Shown here piece by piece: positions 26,662 through 32,000 of a stretch of DNA of 32,000 nucleotides. Under the pieces are notes generated by a model. That model did not search any database. It saw only the letters and a list, made by a program, of their open reading frames with translations, and was not told the DNA's origin. Position 1 is the stretch's first letter. The number at the start of each line of letters is the position of its first letter. The stretch lies in assembly GCA_003144275.1 (NCBI GenBank), contig NJBF01000035.1, positions 9,288 through 41,287 on the forward strand. The letters run 5' to 3'. Made by a program: the position numbers and the translations under genes. This DNA is from Candidatus Heimdallarchaeota archaeon B3_Heim (GTDB lineage: Archaea; Asgardarchaeota; Heimdallarchaeia; Hodarchaeales; Hodarchaeaceae).

Positions 26662-27030
26662 CTAGAAAAAGACATTATCTATGAGCACACAAGCAGGACA
26701 GGTGTGTGGGGAGAGTAATTTTCCTGAATTCGCAAGCCACATTGCTTTTTCGAGGGTCCAAATCCATCCCCAATTGGTGGTCGTGTGTCTGAATTCAATT
26801 CCTCCCTCTACAGCCTGATTTTCCATCTTCTCAAGATAAATTGGAATGTCATTCTCTGAGATTTTTACTTCGAACCCAAAAACTGGAATATCAAAACTCT
26901 CATTCAGATATATTTTACCAAAGATAGCTGCTATTCCCTTTTTCACCCTAATTCTCAAATCCATACGCTCGATGTCAGAGAATGAGATTCCAGAAAAGAT
27001 CTCCGTGCTGGTAGTAGTACCTTGACTCAT
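26662..27030 (-). CDS. Hypothetical protein
   Basis: 122-aa ORF with ATG start and C-terminal HTCPAC motif; no family recognised. Confidence 0.55.
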   Translation of the reverse strand: MSQGTTTSTEIFSGISFSDIERMDLRIRVKKGIAAIFGKIYLNESFDIPVFGFEVKISENDIPIYLEKMENQAVEGGIEFRHTTTNWGWIWTLEKAMWLANSGKLLSPHTCPACVLIDNVFF

Positions 27031-27536
27031 AATAAAAAGATTGTTGTAGATGGTTTAAAAGCGTACTTCCAGAGTTCCAAATAGGCTTTAATCCCTCGAC
27101 GGGGAGTGAATTGAAACAGGAGAGACCTTTATTGTGTCTATTATCGATAGAGGGGTTTAAGAGAATTAATGGATGACTAGAGCCTCGAAAAAGCCTAATA
27201 ACCAGCTTATTAGTTGTATAATAGGTTATGTCACAAAAATTCTAAGAAATCGTTTTGAAAATCCCCGTTTAACTGCGGAACGTATCGAAGTCATGTCTTT
27301 GGAGTTTGAACCTCTACTGTGACTTGTCTTGTGGCTCTCATAGAAAATCTAGTATATGAACAAGGAAACCCATAGACTTTAGTACGAGTAGTTCATTGGA
27401 AAGTTAATTTATTTGATCCCACTAAATAGAAGTGCATGAAGATAGAAACGTATTAGTTCCAGCATAATTTAAAAGAGTGCTGACATCCTCTGTGAAGGAG
27501 AATTGCAGAAAATGATATTTAATCTGAGGTGATATC

Positions 27537-28076
27537 TTAGCGATCAAAAAAGACATTTTTACCTGTACCAGAAATTGGAATCGCTAAGGAGACTGAAACA
27601 TCAGTCATAATTCCAATCCTAATCGCAGCTGTAGCTGCACGATACATGATTCTACTATCAGCATTCAGAATTCCTGCTGTTTTTGCAGCAGATCCGAGAG
27701 CGATTCCCAAATCTAGAAGCTTATAGACGCAATTAGGGCCATAATAATCTAATCCCTGTTTCTTATGATACTTTAATTCATCACAGTCAAAGCCACAAGC
27801 ACCGCATTTTAGATTGATGGTACCTGCATCCTTTCTAATACCTATAAGGAGTATTCCATGACTTCTCTCAATACTACGAGCGTCCCGGTTAAAGTTCGCA
27901 ATTCCTCTTTCCTGTGCAAGCTTGTGCATTTCCTCTACTATTCTCCCCTTTTCTTCTCCTACCACAACTTTTAGTACAATGTCATCAATGCCCGCTGTTT
28001 TCGGACTAGTTCGGGCAGATAGACTCATTAGCCTGAGTACTTGGTCCATCGCTTCCTTTTCTGGAGAATCGTTCAT
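27537..28076 (-). CDS. DUF2148 ferredoxin-like domain protein
   Basis: SARTSPKT.G.DDI, CGACGFDC, GPNC, DLGIALGSA, GKNVFFDR. Start moved to ATG 28076 (GGTGA SD). Confidence 0.85.
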   Translation of the reverse strand: MNDSPEKEAMDQVLRLMSLSARTSPKTAGIDDIVLKVVVGEEKGRIVEEMHKLAQERGIANFNRDARSIERSHGILLIGIRKDAGTINLKCGACGFDCDELKYHKKQGLDYYGPNCVYKLLDLGIALGSAAKTAGILNADSRIMYRAATAAIRIGIMTDVSVSLAIPISGTGKNVFFDR

Positions 28077-28360
28077 GTAAGTCACCTTAGAACAGTTCAG
28101 AATATAGGACTTAAAAACTTTTAGTTTGTACTCGGAAATCCTGAATAAAGAGTAGGCTGATATTAACAACTAAAGTTCTCGTTATTTAAGATAAAACTTT
28201 GATTCCCTCTAAATTTACTGGATAATAATATCGTTGCTTGTGTAACATGATCTGAGAAACTTTCTCTTGCAATATGTCACCCTACAATCAATATTTTTCG
28301 TTTCAAAAAGAAATTCCACCGTAGAGGAGTTGGATTTTTGGAGTGCAATCTGTTTTGAGT

Positions 28361-28417
28361 AAAAATAAAAAAAGGGAACCTGCTGTTTATCGGAATTCCG
28401 ATAGAAAGCAACAGGTT
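28361..28417 (-). terminator. Hairpin plus T-tract terminator of cstA
   Basis: AACCTG...TATCGGAATTCCGATA...CAGGTT stem; on the minus strand it is followed by CCCTTTTTTTATTTTT. Confidence 0.7.
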
Positions 28418-28442
28418 TTGTCTTTGTTCTGTTTATGATGGT

Positions 28443-30353
28443 TTATCCTGCAGTTGGAGCAGGTTTGGATTCAGCTTCTGCTTTGCTTTTTTTGAAGGCT
28501 TTATATGAATCCCACGCGAGGATAACTGCTAGTATTACTAGGATCAATGCAAGGGCGAGAAATAGTACGCTCATGAACACGACCATGGTCTCTGTCAGCG
28601 CACCACCAGTTCTACCGGCGAGAGTTGTTCCGATGGCTCCGATTAAACCACTGGTTAGTGCTGCACCTGGATCCAGAGCGAAAAGTGCGAAGTTATAAGC
28701 AGTCAATAATAACGCTGCAACGCAGGTAACGAACATAAATATCGCAGGAATGCCAGAAACGAACCATTGAGGCTTTTTCTCTTTTACTAGCCAAAGTGTC
28801 ACTAAGATCAGAGCCAGAGATGCCAGTAACTGGTTTGCGCCTCCGAAGAGTATCCACATCCAAACAAACGCTTTTGTCTCTGCAAATATGAACATTAGAA
28901 TTGTTCCCACGAATGCGCCAATGTATACATTCTTTGCTGATCCGCCCAGTGGTCCTACTGGCTCAAGAAGCTCAGCCAAAGCCATACGGAAAAATCTCAA
29001 AGCAATGTACATGATTGTAACCGCGAAAAGAATTACCAGGGTTGACATTATTACTGCTGTCCCTGTTTGGTTAACTAGGCCAAGAGTTATAATATCGAAC
29101 AGTGGATGAGTCATCATTGTTGCACCATTGACAAACGATCCTGCAGCAAGAGGACCGAATGTCGCTCCTGGAACCACAGTGAACGCAGCCAAAGCTACTA
29201 GCGCTAGTACTCCTTCACTAAGCATGCTGCCTGCAGCAACTGGAAGTGCGTCAGTCTCCAGATTTAACTGTTTTGCAGTTCCACTGGAGCCTACTAAGCT
29301 ATGCCAACCACTAATTGCACCACAAGCAATTGCGACAAATAATATAGGCCAAAAGAGTGTCAACGCACCAGTGGCACTATCTTCTACTAAAAGCTCTCCA
29401 ATTGCAGGGGCTTGAATTGTTAGCTCTTGGCTCACATAATCGACACCAGCGATTGTTCCAGTAAATTTTAGAAAAGGTGTAAGCAACGATGCTACTAAAA
29501 GAAGAAGAAGGCCTCCATAGCACACATAGAATGATAGGTAGTTAATTGGTTGGGCATACGATCCAATTGGAAGGACAGCTCCCAGGAACACAATCACGCA
29601 GACTAAGAGCAAAAGCACGTCAAACCAACGTAGTGTCATAAAACCCAAATCCACAATTTCCTGAGTGTCATTTGTAAGGGAAGTTAGTGTGAAATCATCC
29701 CATATAATCGCCACGAAGAATCCAACAGCAATGAGTGCAAGTCCTATAATTGTAACTTGCATTACTGGCATCTTTCGTTTATACAGAAGATTGCCAACAA
29801 CCACTCCAGCTATGACAACCGCTAATGTTGGAAAGATCGTAGGCATCCAGAGATCCAGGAGTAAAGCAACGACGTAAGCAAAGAGACTAAGGAGGATGAT
29901 GAGGTACCCAACTATGTATCCAACCATTACATAGCGAGAACGAGGACTTATGTATTCATAAGCCAGTGGGCCAAAGGACTTTCCGTCATGTCGTACTGAT
30001 AGCATAGTAGAGGAGTAATCCTGCACCCAACCGATGAAGAAGTTACCAAGCACAATCCATAGAAATGCTGGAAGCCAACCAAAGAGGAGAGCTATAAAAG
30101 GACCCAAAATAGGCCCTGTTGCAGCAATTGTTTTGAATTGGAATCCAAAAAGTACAGATTTTTGTGTTGGGAAGAATTCAACTCCATCCATATACATATT
30201 TGCTGGTGTTGTTTTCTTTGGATCTGTTTGGATGACTTTTCTATCAAACCATCGAGCATAGACCAGATAGGCAAAAATAAAGATAACCAGTCCAACTACG
30301 ACGAAGTAGAGAGGATATAAACCAGATATTTCGAGTATAGCGTCATTTATCAT
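28443..30353 (-). CDS. cstA: Carbon starvation protein A family transporter
   Basis: LFGFQFKTIAATGPILGP, GWLPAFLWI, IACGAISGWHSLVGS, GSMLSEG, FGGANQLLA; many TM helices. Confidence 0.92.
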   Translation of the reverse strand: MINDAILEISGLYPLYFVVVGLVIFIFAYLVYARWFDRKVIQTDPKKTTPANMYMDGVEFFPTQKSVLFGFQFKTIAATGPILGPFIALLFGWLPAFLWIVLGNFFIGWVQDYSSTMLSVRHDGKSFGPLAYEYISPRSRYVMVGYIVGYLIILLSLFAYVVALLLDLWMPTIFPTLAVVIAGVVVGNLLYKRKMPVMQVTIIGLALIAVGFFVAIIWDDFTLTSLTNDTQEIVDLGFMTLRWFDVLLLLVCVIVFLGAVLPIGSYAQPINYLSFYVCYGGLLLLLVASLLTPFLKFTGTIAGVDYVSQELTIQAPAIGELLVEDSATGALTLFWPILFVAIACGAISGWHSLVGSSGTAKQLNLETDALPVAAGSMLSEGVLALVALAAFTVVPGATFGPLAAGSFVNGATMMTHPLFDIITLGLVNQTGTAVIMSTLVILFAVTIMYIALRFFRMALAELLEPVGPLGGSAKNVYIGAFVGTILMFIFAETKAFVWMWILFGGANQLLASLALILVTLWLVKEKKPQWFVSGIPAIFMFVTCVAALLLTAYNFALFALDPGAALTSGLIGAIGTTLAGRTGGALTETMVVFMSVLFLALALILVILAVILAWDSYKAFKKSKAEAESKPAPTAG

Positions 30354-30882
30354 TTTCCATCACAAATTTCTTTTTGATTTTTTTTTATCAATCGACACAT
30401 AGTGTCTATAGTCAAAGTTATTCGATATATCACAAAAGAACAACTCTACCTATGGGAACTTCCATATAAATAAGGTTTTCTACTGTCAAGTTTGATTTTG
30501 TTTTCCTTACAAAAAAATTGCTTCTTTTGAACAATGTTTTTTTCAGCATACTTCGATGAGGTCGTTTTCCTCTACCATTTTAGTTTGAATATATTTCGCT
30601 TTAAATATCCTTATAAGCATCTAATTGAAGTAAAAATTTCCTAATTGTCTTTTACACAAGGTTATATTCTACTAAGAGAATTCGTCGATTTTCCGTGAAA
30701 AAATACAAAAACCTAAATTCGTTTCTTAGTAGAGGAGTTATTGAAAAATACTTGTTTAGAGTTAATACATGCAAGGAAAACCAAGAAGTTTAACATAAAT
30801 CTAGGGGGCAACTAAAAATAATTGAGGATAAGTAAAAGGATATTTGTTAAGATTTTCTCCTCCTTAGATTAAGAGTACGCTA

Positions 30883-31608
30883 TTAGCTTTTATCTACAAA
30901 GGTGTTAGTGAAAGAAAAAACAAAGTTTACCATATTCGTAATCAGGTCTGGCTCTTCTAATCGCCACAAAGTGAATATATGGGGATTATCAGGGCCAATA
31001 GAAATACGAATGAGATGATCAGCCAATTCTGATGATAATGACTTAATAGACTGTGCCATGAGCTTCCCATTGTTAGTTCTTACAATGAACCTATCCTCTG
31101 GAAGAACATCAAGATTGTACGAAGACAAAGAAGAGAGACGTTTTGCTAACCGTTTCTGAGTCCTTTTATCCGTTACTGAAATAATTTCTAACTCCGATTT
31201 CTTCACTTTACCATGTACTTTGTTCCCGAATGAGCCTTGGATGAGCAATTTATCATAGTCTGGACGAAAAAGCTTAAGAACATAATGAAACGCATTATCA
31301 CGGTCCTCTAGGATTACCATAAATTCAACCTTTTCTAATTTCCAGTCCTTAGGATCAGTAGAGACAGAAATCTTCAAACGTCTGTAACCACCCGAGTGTC
31401 CAACCTTATCTCCATATATCTTGATAGATTTTACTAAAACAGCCCACAACTCTTTCATACGCTGCCGATTCTTCCGATTTCCATATAACATAACAACGAC
31501 GACGATAATCAGTGCAATTGCGGTAGCATAAATTAAAAGTGGGGAATTTATGAGCTCATCAACCCAAGACATTATCATCAACCAGGCAATTCTCCGATAA
31601 GAGTTCAT
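30883..31608 (-). CDS. Single-pass membrane protein resembling CCDC47/DUF1682
   Basis: TM helix then YGNRKN...LW, VILEDRDN...LFRPDYDKL, KRLAKRLSSLSSY, LPED; colinear with my recollection of the eukaryotic CCDC47 core. Not verified by search. Confidence 0.5.
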   Translation of the reverse strand: MNSYRRIAWLMIMSWVDELINSPLLIYATAIALIIVVVVMLYGNRKNRQRMKELWAVLVKSIKIYGDKVGHSGGYRRLKISVSTDPKDWKLEKVEFMVILEDRDNAFHYVLKLFRPDYDKLLIQGSFGNKVHGKVKKSELEIISVTDKRTQKRLAKRLSSLSSYNLDVLPEDRFIVRTNNGKLMAQSIKSLSSELADHLIRISIGPDNPHIFTLWRLEEPDLITNMVNFVFSFTNTFVDKS

Positions 31609-31845
31609 AAGTGTGAAAAACGGCCGAACTTTTCTCTTTTTCTATCCCAAAAAAAATCTCTGATTGTAAACATATCCAATTGTTACTACAATACAGAAAA
31701 AAAATCTTTGAACTTTGTGATAGTTGTAATCAAAAATACTAGAGATGTGCGATTAACGAAAAATTCTTCTACTGAGGTAAAAGGTGTTCTGAAGTTGTTC
31801 CCTTAATAAATCTCTATTTCTCCATTCTCCACGGTATATACAATG

Positions 31846-31885
31846 GTGAGATGTGCGCGAAATTTTATTTTTCGTTGTTTTGACA
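31846..31885 (+). repeat. 40-bp repeat (copy 2), probable end of an element extending beyond the window
   Basis: 39/40 identical to 13009-13048; a 10-nt partial GAGATGTGCG also occurs at 31742-31751. Confidence 0.8.
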
Positions 31886-31959
31886 TTTCGGGGAAGAGTG
31901 GACTGTAATAATCCGACAATAATATGATTATTATTGAACAAGAGAGGTGAGGAGAACAT

Positions 31960-32000
31960 TTGACCAAAAATGACCCTAACACTACTCTTGTTCGGTTATG
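31960..32000 (+). CDS. Probable gene start running off the window (product unknown, possibly a transposase)
   Basis: Strong SD GAGGTGAGGAG then TTG ACC AAA AAT... open to the window end; an alternative ATG lies at 31970. Confidence 0.3.
   Translation, partial: MTKNDPNTTLVRL

Noticed and set aside
24109-31959. Track ORFs 24109-24309, 24377-24595, 24873-25082, 26098-26400, the + strand ORFs within cstA, 30092-30295 and 31753-31959
   Set aside because: Shadows of real genes (GC-richer cstA gives long antisense frames) or low-complexity intergenic frames.

Overview
Low-GC archaeal DNA, most likely Asgard (Heimdallarchaeia/Hodarchaeales-like). This is inferred from GGTGA-type Shine-Dalgarno motifs, archaeal gene families, a single-domain gelsolin, a stand-alone RING finger and a CCDC47-like protein. 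The first ~22 kb is an eroded accessory region punctuated by seven same-orientation 28-bp sites with an invariant CCAGCC core and an 11-6-11 layout like tyrosine-recombinase (dif/att) sites. One site has been split by an intact ISH3-family IS (2687-3965, 12-bp TIRs, 4-bp CAGC duplication). The modules between sites carry: a HEPN RNase followed 2 nt after its stop by a tRNA-like RNA whose anticodon arm is a long sealed hairpin; a PD-(D/E)XK nuclease; gelsolin; a RING protein; a radical SAM enzyme; two ABC exporters; a truncated CLCA-like VWA surface protein; endonuclease V; an iodotyrosine-deiodinase-like enzyme; a Ni/Co ECF transporter with NikR; and an ArsM-ArsR fusion. Several remnants are also present (SQR, 3' half of RNase P RNA fused back-to-back to an MCP tail, asd). 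The last ~10 kb has no such sites and encodes an aminotransferase, a small CstA-associated protein with a pair of ArsA/Get3-family ATPases, DUF2148, CstA and a CCDC47-like protein. All family calls are by motif recognition only; no searches were run.
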